A DNA stretch of 62,783 nucleotides, filler included, from Octopus bimaculoides (GCF_001194135.2; 5 parts of 5 records of this genome joined end to end with filler, not necessarily neighbours in it); one strand, 5' to 3'; positions 12,819-25,734 are shown, counted from the whole stretch's first letter. Numbers and translations are program-made. The notes: generated from the sequence alone by a model not told the origin.

Positions 12819-13676
12819 NNNNNNNNNNNNNNNNNNNNNNNNNNNNNNNNNNNNNNNNNNNNNNNNNNNNNNNNNNNNNNNNNNNNNNNNNNNNNNNNNN
12901 NNNNNNNNNNNNNNNNNNNNNNNNNNNNNNNNNNNNNNNNNNNNNNNNNNNNNNNNNNNNNNNNNNNNNNNNNNNNNNNNNNNNNNNNNNNNNNNNNNNN
13001 NNNNNNNNNNNNNNNNNNNNNNNNNNNNNNNNNNNNNNNNNNNNNNNNNNNNNNNNNNNNNNNNNNNNNNNNNNNNNNNNNNNNNNNNNNNNNNNNNNNN
13101 NNNNNNNNNNNNNNNNNNNNNNNNNNNNNNNNNNNNNNNNNNNNNNNNNNNNNNNNNNNNNNNNNNNNNNNNNNNNNNNNNNNNNNNNNNNNNNNNNNNN
13201 NNNNNNNNNNNNNNNNNNNNNNNNNNNNNNNNNNNNNNNNNNNNNNNNNNNNNNNNNNNNNNNNNNNNNNNNNNNNNNNNNNNNNNNNNNNNNNNNNNNN
13301 NNNNNNNNNNNNNNNNNNNNNNNNNNNNNNNNNNNNNNNNNNNNNNNNNNNNNNNNNNNNNNTAAACCTTGCCATGGAGGAATGTAGTGGCGGACAAAAA
13401 ACAAGACAGGAAAACAAACAGAAAAGGCTATACGGCCAGACGGGAAAAATTATGTGTATGAACGCTGTGAGGCACGAACTTGAAAGTGGGGACGAAGTAA
13501 GTTCGCGTGTTTGCTCGGCGATAGCCAAGGAAGAAAAGGATTATTGACCGGAAGCATGTGACCATGCCGCTGTAAGGGGAAGAGAGAGAGAGTGTGGTAG
13601 AGGGAGAAACAAAGGGAGGAAGTAGAAGAATAGGTGAGCAACGAGAGGAAAAGAGGAAGAGAATAAGTACGAGGGG

Positions 13677-13763
13677 GGGTAAAGGAGATACGTAGTAGTA
13701 ACAGAGGAAGAACAAGAGGGGTAAAGAGAGATACGTAGTAGTAAATAGAGGAAGAACGAGAGG
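13677..13763 (+). repeat. ~44-bp tandem duplication (2 copies)
   Basis: GGGTAAAGGAGATACGTAGTAGTAACAGAGGAAGAACAAGAG followed by GGGTAAAGAGAGATACGTAGTAGTAAATAGAGGAAGAACGAGAG. Confidence 0.8.
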
Positions 13764-14499
13764 GAGAAAAATTGAAGAGGAAGCGAAAGAGAAAGAGATA
13801 GAGTAGCGTCGGAAAATATAAAGTTGCGAAAACTACTTACAGATTGGTGACGCTGCGTTCGGTCATGTAAAAACAAATAGTAAATGAGTATATGCATATA
13901 TACGTACAGGTATGTGCACACCGACATCCACCTGNNNNNNNNNNNNNNNNNNNNNNNNNNNNNNNNNNNNNNNNNNNNNNNNNNNNNNNNNNNNNNNNNN
14001 NNNNNNNNNNNNNNNNNNNNNNNNNNNNNNNNNNNNNNNNNNNNNNNNNNNNNNNNNNNNNNNNNNNNNNNNNNNNNNNNNNNNNNNNNNNNNNNNNNNN
14101 NNNNNNNNNNNNNNNNNNNNNNNNNNNNNNNNCGTTTGTGTGTGTAGTTCAAATTTACAGAAAACAAAAGGCGAAGACAGGTGAGGGAGCAACAAGCAGG
14201 TGTATTAGTTTGACGCTCAGGAAGAATGGAAAAGTCTTTGAGATTTCGAGCCTAACGCTCGAATCTTCTCATAGAATCTTCTCAGGGCCTAAACAGACAT
14301 TGGTGTTGCAAACAGCCAGTGGGTTTATTAAAAAATAATTATTAGAGACAAGCAAACACTTTTGATTGAGGATAAATATTACTTTTGGTATTAATACTAC
14401 TTTTGTCGCTAATAATTATAACTGATAAAGATTACTATATTTCAAACCGATAGTTTATATGAATATTGGTGATGCTTAAAACTTAAAATGGCTTCCAAA

Positions 14500-14853
14500 T
14501 TAAAACACAGCGTCCAAATATTGCTGTGTAAGACCACAAGAAAAAATATGCTCTGCTATGGAAATCAGCCGTTCTCTTGACACCAATGAGGTCAGAAAAT
14601 ACAGGACAAAGACAAAATCTATGGACCATTAATAAAGAATTTGCAAACCCAGTATCCAGTATGCACTTTCAGTTTCATACTTTATGTTATTGGAGCAACA
14701 GGATACGTACCAACGCGTCTGGAGCAAAGTATGGCTGAAATTGGGATCTTGGGAACTTGAGAAGAGAATGCAGTTCCCTAATTCATACACTGCAAATGAT
14801 CACGATATCTAAGACAATAAAAATCTGGAAGACTTTAAGGTTTAAAAGATGAT
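14500..14853 (+). mobile_element. RLE-type (R2-superfamily) non-LTR retrotransposon, decayed C-terminal endonuclease region
   Basis: RPNIAV*DHKKK (14511) / ICSAMEISRSLDTN / QDKDKIYGPLIKNLQTQYPVCTFSFILYVIGATGYVPTRLEQSMAEIGIL (14602-14751) / LIHTLQMITISKTIKIWKTL. Matches the RPD..., E.S.P.D.N, K..KY..L and VIGA.G motifs of restriction-like endonucleases. Clade (NeSL/R4/Hero) is unresolved. Confidence 0.75.
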
Positions 14854-15320
14854 TAAAACAAGACGCTTTTCTTCAGAACATTGCAACCGACCAAGTGGTT
14901 GGTAAAAATTGACTCAAATGAGATAGAGAAAAAGAAAACGTACTTACACATGCATACATAATGCGCACATGCTTGCATGTATACATATGTAGATACATAC
15001 ATATATAGACGGATAGATATATAGATAGATGGATACATACATACATACACACATACATACATACATACATACATACATACACACACATACATACATACAT
15101 ACATACATACATACATACATACATACATACATACACACATACATATACACACATACATATACACACATATGCACATATGCATGCAATATGTTTGAGGCTC
15201 CGATGAAGCTATAAGGTGTTACTGAGGCACTCATTTATGAGCTCACTGCATCTTATAGCAGAGACAGCTGTAAGCTAATGAATTTCTTAAGATAATCGTT
15301 TATTTCTTAGTCATCTCTTT

Positions 15321-15361
<41 letters not shown>

Positions 15362-17089
15362 TTTATATTTATATCTTTGGGCCTATTTATTCGACAGACT
15401 ACCCAATATGGCACAGATTGGCCCTGGCAGGGGAAGGGTAGGAGGGAAGGAGTAACTGTACAACAACAACAACAGCATCCTTACCACAGACCACGGTGAA
15501 TCCTCCACCAGTACCACCACCACCACCANNNNNNNNNNNNNNNNNNNNNNNNNNNNNNNNNNNNNNNNNNNNNNNNNNNNNNNNNNNNNNNNNNNNNNNN
15601 NNNNNNNNNNNNNNNNNNNNNNNNNNNNNNNNNNNNNNNNNNNNNNNNNNNNNNNNNNNNNNNNNNNNNNNNNNNNNNNNNNNNNNNNNNNNNNNNNNNN
15701 NNNNNNNNNNNNNNNNNNNNNNNNNNNNNNNNNNNNNNNNNNNNNNNNNNNNNNNNNNNNNNNNNNNNNNNNNNNNNNNNNNNNNNNNNNNNNNNNNNNN
15801 NNNNNNNNNNNNNNNNNNNNNNNNNNNNNNNNNNNNNNNNNNNNNNNNNNNNNNNNNNNNNNNNNNNNNNNNNNNNNNNNNNNNNNNNNNNNNNNNNNNN
15901 NNNNNNNNNNNNNNNNNNNNNNNNNNNNNNNNNNNNNNNNNNNNNNNNNNNNNNNNNNNNNNNNNNNNNNNNNNNNNNNNNNNNNNNNNNNNNNNNNNNN
16001 NNNNNNNNNNNNNNNNNNNNNNNNNNNNNNNNNNNNNNNNNNNNNNNNNNNNNNNNNNNNNNNNNNNNNNNNNNNNNNNNNNNNNNNNNNNNNNNNNNNN
16101 NNNNNNNNNNNNNNNNNNNNNNNNNNNNNNNNNNNACCACCACCACCACCACCACCACCACCACCAAACGCTACTACCAGAACCATCATCTTCACAATGT
16201 CATCGATTCCATCGCCACCACCAACTATTATCACATTACCACTAACGCAACCATCTCCACTACCACTACGACAATTCCCGTAGATACACTACCGCCGAAG
16301 CCAACACCGTCCTCTACAAGCATCAACTACCACCATCAGCAGCACCATTACCATCACCATTACCACCATCTCCGTCTCCACTGTTGCCACCACCCCAACA
16401 TCACTACCACCACCACCACCACCACCACCACCACCACCACCACCAGCTATTAGCACTACGCCGCCACNNNNNNNNNNNNNNNNNNNNNNNNNNNNNNNNN
16501 NNNNNNNNNNNNNNATATATATATATATATACATATAGACACACACACATATGCATACAAATATACATATAAATACACATGCATACAGATGTATGCACGC
16601 ACACACACATAAGTATGTATGTAAATATTGTGTGTGTGTGTGTGTGTGTGTACACGTCGAGATAAACAGACATATAAAATCCTACCCGACGAAACAGTCG
16701 TTGTGTATATATTTATGTGTGTATGTATATATTTATGTGTGTATATTTAAACATATACACCCTAAACCGTCTTATACATTAGGTATATATTACAAAGTCA
16801 AACAGTTTATTGTGGACATTGTTTAAACTGTTTACCCAACTCACCGCCCTCCAACCCCAACCACTCTTTATTCACACTGCTCACACACATACACGCACAC
16901 ATATTCACGCACACACAGAATAACACACACACACATACGCGCGCACATTTATGACCGTCGTCCTTCTGGCTTCCCCTTTCTATGTCTCATTATATTTACA
17001 TCCTATTTTTTAAGACTTCTTTTTCATTTTTCGCTCCTATTATCATGATCTTCATCAACATCATAATTATCATCATTGCAATTATGCTT

Positions 17090-17147
17090 AACGGTGTTTC
17101 GTCTGTCTTTACGTTCTGAGTTCAAATTCCACCGAGGTCGACTTTGC
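17090..17147 (+). mobile_element. SINE family A fragment
   Basis: GCTTAACGGTGTTTCGTCTGTCTTTACGTTCTGAGTTCAAATTCCACCGAGGTCGACTTTGC. Confidence 0.8.
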
Positions 17148-17626
17148 TCCTTCTTTCTGCTAATTTCCTGCTCTCCTATGTTTATTGTTGAAGCAAAGAG
17201 CCTATATAATCCTTGTGCAAATGGAATGGGTCACGTAACATGAGGTTATGCCTACATAGAATGAGCCAGAGAAACATATGCCAGGGACCCAAACCAATTT
17301 TTCATTTTGTTTTTTATGCCATAAGAGGAAACCTTATCAGGTACTAATTCCCAGGGCCAGATTGGAATTGGAAATGATTGTAACCTAGGAGTCACTCCAG
17401 TGCAAGTTGGAAAGGGTTAACGGACACAAACAAATTAGACATGAAAGACTTCAATTCAGTCATGGAGACCAGAATCATCGTGGTCTCGGCGCCTTAAAAA
17501 TCCACAGTCACATACACTGTGAAATGCACGTCTCCGGATAATTTGAAGCTTAAAAAATTTTGAAATAAAATTAGAATTACATTTTCGAATATATATCTGT
17601 ATATGTGTATATATATATAGAGAGAG

Positions 17627-17697
<71 letters not shown>

Positions 17698-17839
17698 CGC
17701 ACCTACATATATATACATACATACCTTATATAGGTCACATATACGGCAAAATTTCGAAGTCTCTGTCAATGAAACTATAATATATATGTGTATAGTGTAT
17801 ATATATGTATGATTTGTGTATGCATATGTATATATACAT

Positions 17840-17892
<53 letters not shown>

Positions 17893-18736
17893 TGTATACA
17901 CATTTCTGTGTGAGTATATGTATTCTCTCCCAATCTCTCTCTTTACTGTAATAGTCTAATTTTTTGTTTGTTTGTTGTGCTTTTACTCTTGCTATTTGCT
18001 TTTGGAGTCACCAAAACCGCTTTCTATTTGTGCGGGCACACACATACACATACATATATACACATACATACCCACACTTACATTCACACAGCTATTAATT
18101 TCTTTTCACTTCTTTCTAATTATTTTTCTTCTTATTTTCCCCCTTTTTTTTGTCTATTTTCCTTTGCTCCTTCTGTACAAAAGTCAAACACAGTGTTCAG
18201 CCCACTTTAACTTTATATATTTATTTATATATTTGATATCCCATTATCCTTTGCCCTCCTCTAGCCCCACTATCATTATCCTATGCGTCCCTTTTCTTAG
18301 TTCTTCCAGCTCCCCTTGGCTTCTTACTCTCTGCCTTCTTTCCTCTTCTTTTCCTTTCTCTGTTTATCTAACTACTTACCTATCGCACTGTGTTCCCACT
18401 ATGAGAACCCCTACCCAAACACTTTCTCCCTACTCCCTTATCATTCCTTCTCCTTCTCCTTCTCCTCCCTTCGTTCTACCGTTCTGTCTTTCTCTCTTTC
18501 TCCCGTCGTTTTTTCTCCTTACTTTTCTCTCTGCTGATTTACCCATCTCTCTGCTTATTCCCACTCTTCAATTCCCGCCCTGTATGTATGTATGTATGTA
18601 TGTATGTATGTATGTATGTATGTATGTATTATATATGTATATATATGTTTATCTATCTATCCATCTATTTATCTATCTTTTTTATCACCGTCTGTTTACA
18701 TGTCTATGTATCTAAAACTCTACATATCTAGCTAAC

Positions 18737-18797
<61 letters not shown>

Positions 18798-19261
18798 GTC
18801 ACACCCGTATATTCATGTACATACATATATACGTACGTACTTATATATGAATGCATTCATGTATGTATGTAAGTATGTATGTATGTATGTATACAACACA
18901 AACACGCTCACATATTTACATAAATTACTGAAGCATTAACAAGGTTTCCCCTGCCATGATATACTACAAAATACACGTATGGATTTCAGTCAGCACTACG
19001 AGTGTAAATTTATTTAATTAATTAAATACTCCAGACCGTCATAAACAACTGTAATTAATTGAAGTTAATTTATTTTACACGCCCATTGTCAGCTTGAAAT
19101 TTATACATTTATTTCGTAGAATATCACAGCTTAATAAACTACCCCTGTTAATGCGTCAGTAATTCATTAATAGCATTAACAGCCCAGGATGCGCCTATTA
19201 TGCAAATCGGTTTATCCAGTTTAATGAAACCCTTAACAATGTTGGCCATCCATATACGCGA

Positions 19262-19400
19262 AGCAACGAACTGGCAGAATTGTTAGAATGTTGAATAGAA
19301 TGCCTCGCAGTATTTCTTCCATTTCTCTGAAGCCTGAGTTCAAAATCCACCGAAGCCGACATTACCTTTTAGCCTTTTGGGATTAATAAAACAAAGTACT
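19262..19400 (+). mobile_element. SINE family A, diverged and 3'-truncated
   Basis: AACGAACTGGCAGAATTGTTAG...GAGTTCAAAATCCACCGAAGCCGAC...CTTTTGGGATTAATAAAACAAAGTAC. Confidence 0.75.
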
Positions 19401-19443
19401 GTCCAAGAGCGGTAAATTGGTGGAATTAATATTTATGACATAC

Positions 19444-19586
19444 ACTAGACAGCCGCAGTGCGTATAGTCTTGTATGTATATGTTGTGTCGACGCCCCCAG
19501 GCGAAGAAGTAGGATCTCCCAAGACATATAAATAGAGGTAGTCTGGCCGTGGTAGGTGGGTTGAGTAGCAGTCGAGTAGCAGAGTG
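19444..19586 (-). CDS. candidate 143-nt internal exon of an unidentified gene
   Basis: Acceptor attatttcctccggcttcag| and donor |gtatgt. Phase 1-0 frame LCYSTATQPTYHGQTTSIYMSWEILLLRLGASTQHIHTRLYALRLSS. Unique, relatively GC-rich island. No domain recognised. Confidence 0.25.
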
Positions 19587-19599
19587 CTGAAGCCGGAGG

Positions 19600-19733
19600 A
19601 AATAATGGTTTCAAATTTTGGTTCAAGGCACAAATCGACCTTGGCAGAATTTGAATTTAAAACATAAAAACTGGTGAAATACCGCAAAGCATTTTCCCCG
19701 GTGTGCTAACAATTCTGCCGGCTCGTGGCCTTA
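19600..19733 (-). mobile_element. SINE family A with internal deletion
   Basis: Reverse complement has head GGCCACGAGCCGGCAGAATTGTTAGCACACCGG joined almost directly to the tail GCCTTGAACCAAAATTTGAAACC. Confidence 0.75.
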
Positions 19734-19740
19734 TATATCA

Positions 19741-19960
19741 AGTAATGAAGGTTTCGAATTTTGGCACAAGGCCAGCAATTTGGGGAGAAAGGAAAGTCTG
19801 TCACACAGACCCCAGTACTCAATTGGTACTTATTTTATCGACCGTGAAAAGATGAAAGGTAAATCGACCTCGGAGGAATTTGAACTCAGAACGTAAAGAC
19901 GGACGAAATGCTGCCAAGCATTTTGTCCGGCGTGCTAACGATTCTACCAGCTCGCCACCT
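19741..19960 (-). mobile_element. SINE family A, full length
   Basis: Reverse complement GGTGGCGAGCTGGTAGAATCGTTAGCACGCCGG...GAGTTCAAATTCCTCCGAGGTCG...GGCCTTGTGCCAAAATTCGAAACC. Confidence 0.9.
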
Positions 19961-21128
19961 TGATGTCGGAGAAAATAATGTGAAGCATTCCTTGCACGTG
20001 ATAATTAGCCAAAATTCTAATTAATCTAAATAATATTAATGAGACGCACTGGACAGTCGCAGTATATATAGTTCTGTGTGTATATATGAAGTATACGAAT
20101 TGTGTGCATAAATGTATATATGAGTGTTCGTGTCTATGCATGTATGTGTGTGGTGGTGTGTATGTTCATGAGTATTTCGGTGTGTGTGTGTGTATGTGTG
20201 TACATCTGTGTGTATGTGCGCATATACATGAGCGTTTCGGTGTGCATGTGTGTACATATGCATGTGTGTATTCATGTACATGTGGGTACATGTGCATGTG
20301 TGTGTGTTTATGTACTTGAGTGTATGCGCGTGTATGTGTGTGTATGAATGTATATATATGTATGAGTCTGTGTGCACGTGGGTGTGTATGCGAACGTGAC
20401 TGTTTCGGCGTGCAAATGTGTGCACATGTATGCGTATGTGTGCATGTGCATGGTGTTTCAGCGGGGGTGTATGTGTATACATGTGTTTGTGTGTGTTTGT
20501 GTATGTGCGCGTGTACACATTTGTGTGTGTGTGTATGTACGCGTGTGTGTCTGTGTAACGGTGAGGTACCTAATATACATATCAATGAAAACATCCTTTC
20601 AAGTATTTTGTGATACCCCTCAAGACACTGTATTATTCGATACATCAACACTACTAGGGGTGGGTCACATTTTGCTACGACACGCCAGTGGCCAATGATA
20701 TGTCAGTGACCGTTACTGCTACTGAAACCTCAGTCCATCCCTGATACCCGCAGACCTCATGGTATCCTGCTGTTTCCTCCACAATTGTATTGGTTTCCAA
20801 AACAGCTCATCCCATTGGTGTTTCCTTATTAAACGTATCATTGTTCGTTGCTGTGATTTTTGGTGAAGGCCAGGCGCAGCCATGATGGTGCAGATGTCTT
20901 GTGAAGTCTGTAGCTTTTTTTCAGATTTGAAATAGGTTTCATTTACTAAAACCATCACTCAGTCTACAAACATATGTAATCTTAGCCTTCATTTTGTTCC
21001 TGCTCATCGGTCTATGCGTTACTTTCCTCTCTTCTTTATTTCTATCTTTCTTTCTTTCTTTCCTTCTTTCTTTTTTCTTTCTCCTTCTCAGCTTCTCTTC
21101 TCTCTCTTTCTCTCTCTCTCCCTCTCTA

Positions 21129-21172
<44 letters not shown>

Positions 21173-21287
21173 ACTATTTTTCTATATAATTTTCTCTCCC
21201 TTTCTCATTCCCTCTCAATCTCTCACAGCCGTATAGACATATTTCTATTCATTTTCCCGCACGTGTACGTATGTGTGAGCGTGCTGA

Positions 21288-21472
21288 AGGCGTACGACAT
21301 GACCCAGTGGTCAGAGGGTCGAGCTTACGATTGTGAGGTTGTGAGTTCGAATCCCGGACCGGGCTGCGTGTTCTGTTCTTGGGCAAGACACTTTATTTCA
21401 CGTTGCTCCGCTTCACTCAGCTGTAGAAATGAGTTGCGACGTCACTGGTGTCAAGCTGTATCGGCCTTTGCC
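21288..21472 (+). mobile_element. tRNA-derived SINE with CORE-like body, cut by a gap
   Basis: A-box-like TGACCCAGTGG, B-box GAGTTCGAATC, then CTTGGGCAAGACACTTTATTTCACGTTGCTCC...CACTCAGCTGTAGAAATGAGT. Confidence 0.8.
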
Positions 21473-22478
21473 NNNNNNNNNNNNNNNNNNNNNNNNNNNN
21501 NNNNNNNNNNNNNNNNNNNNNNNNNNNNNNNNNNNNNNNNNNNNNNNNNNNNNNNNNNNNNNNNNNNNNNNNNNNNNNNNNNNNNNNNNNNNNNNNNNNN
21601 NNNNNNNNNNNNNNNNNNNNNNNNNNNNNNNNNNNNNNNNNNNNNNNNNNNNNNNNNNNNNNNNNNNNNNNNNNNNNNNNNNNNNNNNNNNNNNNNNNNN
21701 NNNNNNNNNNNNNNNNNNNNNNNNNNNNNNNNNNNNNNNNNNNNNNNNNNNNNNNNNNNNNNNNNNNNNNNNNNNNNNNNNNNNNNNNNNNNNNNNNNNN
21801 NNNNNNNNNNNNNNNNNNNNNNNNNNNNNNNNNNNNNNNNNNNNNNNNNNNNNNNNNNNNNNNNNNNNNNNNNNNNNNNNNNNNNTGGTGGTGGTGGTGG
21901 TGGTGGTGGTGGTGGTGTCGATGACAACGGTTGTGGTATCTATTTCGACGAGGGTGACGTCGTTTGTGACGAGGGGCGGTGCAATTAACGGTGACTGAAA
22001 TTACGAACAAACAACGAACAATGAAAAGAAAACGAAAAAGAAAGGAATTACTCCATTAACAACTAATACAACAATGACAACAACGAATCAACAACTGTAT
22101 GGACAACAACAACAACAAAAGCAACAACAACAACAACAGCAACAACACCCACGACGACCATGACGGCTATGGTGGCCATAATCGCGACAACAAAAAGTCC
22201 ATCGAAAGCTGCGACGCAACCAACCCCAGATGAGCTCCTTTTGTATGGCTTAACCGAAAAGTTCGAGCTGTTGACATTGGTTTTAATAACAGCAACCAAA
22301 GTGTCCAATGAAAATCCGTCTTAGGTATACACGTCAGTCACGTGTCCTACCCTTTATACTTTTCTACGCATATCTGTTTATATATTTAGTTTTTATCTTT
22401 GTGTTGTCTCCTCCTCTCTTTCGCCCTGGCAGCAAGTAAAAGAAAATATTATTATTATTATTATTATTTTTACTATTA

Positions 22479-22527
<49 letters not shown>

Positions 22528-23396
22528 CCTTGTCATCATGGTCGTCGTCATCGGCCACATCATCATCATCATCATCATCGTCATCATCATCATCATCATC
22601 ATCATCGTTTCTTTGTTTGACTTGTTCCCGATTTTAATCTGTCAACGTTACTGGACCACTGGCTGACATGTTAGCTTGTTCTGTTGTCTCAAAACATCTG
22701 CAGATTTCAGTAGATCCTCTCTCTCTCTCTCTNNNNNNNNNNNNNNNNNNNNNNNNNNNNNNNNNNNNNNNNNNNNNNNNNNNNNNNNNNNNNNNNNNNN
22801 NNNNNNNNNNNNNNNNNNNNNNNNNNNNNNNNNNNNNNNNNNNNNNNNNNNNNNNNNNNNNNNNNNNNNNNNNNNNNNNNNNNNNNNNNNNNNNNNNNNN
22901 NNNNNNNNNNNNNNNNNNNNNNNNNNNNNNNNNNNNNNNNNNNNNNNNNNNNNNNNNNNNNNNNNNNNNNNNNNNNNNNNNNNNNNNNNNNNNNNNNNNN
23001 NNNNNNNNNNNNNNNNNNNNNNNNNNNNNNNNNNNNNNNNNNNNNNNNNNNNNNNNNNNNNNNNNNNNNNNNNNNNNNNNNNNNNNNNNNNNNNNNNNNN
23101 NNNNNNNNNNNNNNNNNNNNNNNNNNNNNNNNNNNNNNNNNNNNNNNNNNNNNNNNNNNNNNNNNNNNNNNNNNNNNNNNNNNNNNNNNNNNNNNNNNNN
23201 NNNNNNNNNNNNNNNNNNNNNNNNNNNNNNNNNNNNNNNNNNNNNNNNNNNNNNNNNNATATATATATACATGTGTATATGTATGAATCCATGAATGGCT
23301 GGCTGGCTGGCTGTATGAATGTATATATTTATACTTTATATTTAGTTTTTGTAATGTCTGGTACTTATTGTATCGGTCTCTTTTGTCAAAGCGCTA

Positions 23397-23450
23397 GCTT
23401 ACACAGACGTAAACACACCAACACCGGTTGTCAAGCAGTGGCGGGAACAA
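23397..23450 (-). mobile_element. SINE family B fragment
   Basis: ACGTAAACACACCAACACCGGTTGTCAAGCAGTGGCGGGAACAAACAC, homologous to 57190-57240. Confidence 0.7.
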
Positions 23451-23542
23451 ACACGTACGCAAAAATACGCGCACACATAAACACATACATATATATGCAA
23501 GTTGAAAATAAAAGCGAAAATAAACACGCGCGTGCGTACACA

Positions 23543-23579
<37 letters not shown>

Positions 23580-23582
23580 CAT

Positions 23583-24030
23583 GATTAACCAAAGGACATA
23601 CTAAGTATGTCTGTCTACCTGCTGGAAATAACAGTCAAAACTATTACTTAAATCACCAAAATACACTGATTAATAACTATAGAAACCAACTGTTCGAACG
23701 AAACGGGCTAAGACAATCTCCCAACGTACATGTGGACAATCTCCCAACGTACATGTGGACAATCTCCCAACGTACATGTGGACAATCTCCCAACGTACAT
23801 GTGGACAATCTCCCAACGTACATGTGGACAATCTCCCAACTCAGTTTGCCAGTGCAGAAACCGGTCCACGTGAGTCCCAACACTTGAATGTATGCTGAGA
23901 GATTGTCTTAGCTTATTTGCCTTCGGGCGGTTGATTTCTGTAGTTATTATCAGTGTATTTTGACGATTTAAATCAGAGTTTTGACTGTTATTTCCAGCAG
24001 TTAGTCATACTTAGTATGTCCTTTGATTAA
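23583..24030. mobile_element. fold-back (MITE-like) element with ~140-bp imperfect terminal inverted repeats
   Basis: 23583-23722 aligns with the reverse complement of 23896-24030 (shared blocks CAAAGGACATACTAAGTATG, CTGCTGGAAATAACAGTCAAAACT, CAAAATACACTGAT, GCTAAGACAATCTC). Confidence 0.75.
23712..23840 (+). repeat. perfect 23-bp minisatellite, 5.6 copies
   Basis: Unit GACAATCTCCCAACGTACATGTG at 23712, 23735, 23758, 23781 and 23804, plus a 14-nt partial copy. No spacers. Confidence 0.95.
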
Positions 24031-24162
24031 TTTTAATCCTTCAGCTATTTAATGCTTTTTGGAGGCCTGCAATCACCTGTATTATTGATTCTGTAATTAT
24101 CATTTTTAAGTTGTTACACTAGAGTCAACGATATCTTCGGAAATAATTTTTTCGGGAATTAT

Positions 24163-24262
24163 NNNNNNNNNNNNNNNNNNNNNNNNNNNNNNNNNNNNNN
24201 NNNNNNTTAATTAATTAANNNNNNNNNNNNNNNNNNNNNNNNNNNNNNNNNNNNNNNNNNNN
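24163..24262. other. artificial 100-bp scaffold spacer 44N-TTAATTAATTAA-44N (also 49494-49593, 56635-56734, 60642-60741)
   Basis: Identical layout four times. The 12-mer places stop codons in all six frames. Confidence 0.95.
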
Positions 24263-24627
24263 TATATATATATAAGAACTCATAGCACGATGCATATCAA
24301 CATTCGGGTCAGGCTTAGTATTACAATGATTTAGTTCTCTATGCACAGACACATGCAAAAACCTTCATGCACACACCATATGCACACACACACACACACT
24401 ACACACACACATATGCACATACGCACACACACGCACTCATACAGAAGTAGGTTAGTGTGGGTTGCGATTGATAATCTCACTTCTAGTTCAGTGTTTCTAC
24501 TTAAGTGAATGCGCAAATACAGGAAACATTATCATCTTCTCAATCTAAATGCGCGTGTATGTGTATGTGTGCATGTATGTGTGTTAGCATTCCTATCTTT
24601 CTAATTATGTATCTTGACCATCACACA

Positions 24628-24686
<59 letters not shown>

Positions 24687-25734
24687 ACACACACTGTAGT
24701 TTAGCTATTGCATAAATGCATAATTTTTTTTCACTTCCCGATCTATTATGTGTCTTCATCATGCTAAGATTTTGAATGAGGAGGCATTTGCTTCAAAATC
24801 TACAAGAATTACTTTTATCTATTATCAGCTTTAACAAAATTACGATTTAGTGCTACCATTAGGATTACGAATAGTGAATATAGTCGCATCACGCATAAGC
24901 CATGATGAACTAGATTCCATGCTATTGCGATTTCCAGCGAAAAGACAAATGCGAACGGTAATCTTCGTTGATGGTATACGTACGGCCCTCTAATTTGATT
25001 GCAGGCCATGTGACTGGACTGCTAATCTGTTTGCAGTTTCAGACAATCGATTCAACGGCAGCAGCCAGTGTAAAGTTTCCCGCCATGAATAGATCAGCCT
25101 CTAATAAATGTTGTGAAATTTTCCTCGTTATCAAGTCATAAGAAATTAGAATAAATGTCTCTCATATTTTATCGAAAGCAGACCCATTTTTGTCTTGATT
25201 TACTCGTTCAAAGCAATCAGCTAAATTCCAAAGCCAACATTTTTCTTTTTTTGTTTCTTTTCTTTTTTTTTATTTTTACAATAAAAATAGTTTCACAGAA
25301 GCTATGAAGAGAAGCGAGTGCTATCGCACTTATACTCTTAAGGTACAATTCTGCTCAAAACCGAGATTTCTAAATAGAAGTCTTTCTGTTGAAGTTTAAC
25401 AGAAAATATTCTCCGTCAATGAAATAAAATCATATCACAATAATTATACGAAGTAATTCGTTCTAGTTTTGGTGATAGAGTTAGAAGCTCCGATCTTCAA
25501 TTGCGAGGCGCTTTGTTACTTTTTATCCTCAAAACCTGAGGAAGAAGTAGATGTTCTGTATTTCCTGTTTGATGCCAAAACTAAAATGTTATTTGCATTT
25601 AGCAGTATATAATATGGATAAGAAGAGTGATTAGAGCGTCTATCATTCGTACTTCGATTTGAAATTCTGCAGAAGTCAAATCTGATTTTCATATTTTTAG
25701 TGCTTGTTAAATAAAGTAATATTCTTTTATTTTA

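Noticed and set aside
13372-13495. ATG-initiated plus-strand frame ending at a gtaagt donor
   Set aside because: Directly abuts an N gap in purine-rich low-complexity sequence, with no identifiable product or downstream partner exon.
20080-20550. Recurring TTTCGG motif within a degenerate (GT/AT) tract
   Set aside because: Irregular period. Best explained as an old decayed simple repeat.
20719-20958. 79-aa unique minus-strand ORF
   Set aside because: No recognisable motif or convincing splice sites. Probably a decayed TE or a chance ORF.
21288-21365. tRNA gene
   Set aside because: A/B boxes run directly into a SINE body, and no complete cloverleaf or acceptor stem is evident.
23712-23840. 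23-bp and 28-bp (46581) repeats as CRISPR arrays
   Set aside because: Units are contiguous with no unique spacers, there are no cas genes, and the context is eukaryotic.
24207-24218. TTAATTAATTAA islands between N runs (also 49538, 56679, 60686)
   Set aside because: Always 44N+12+44N = 100 bp with six-frame stops. This is an assembly spacer, not biology.
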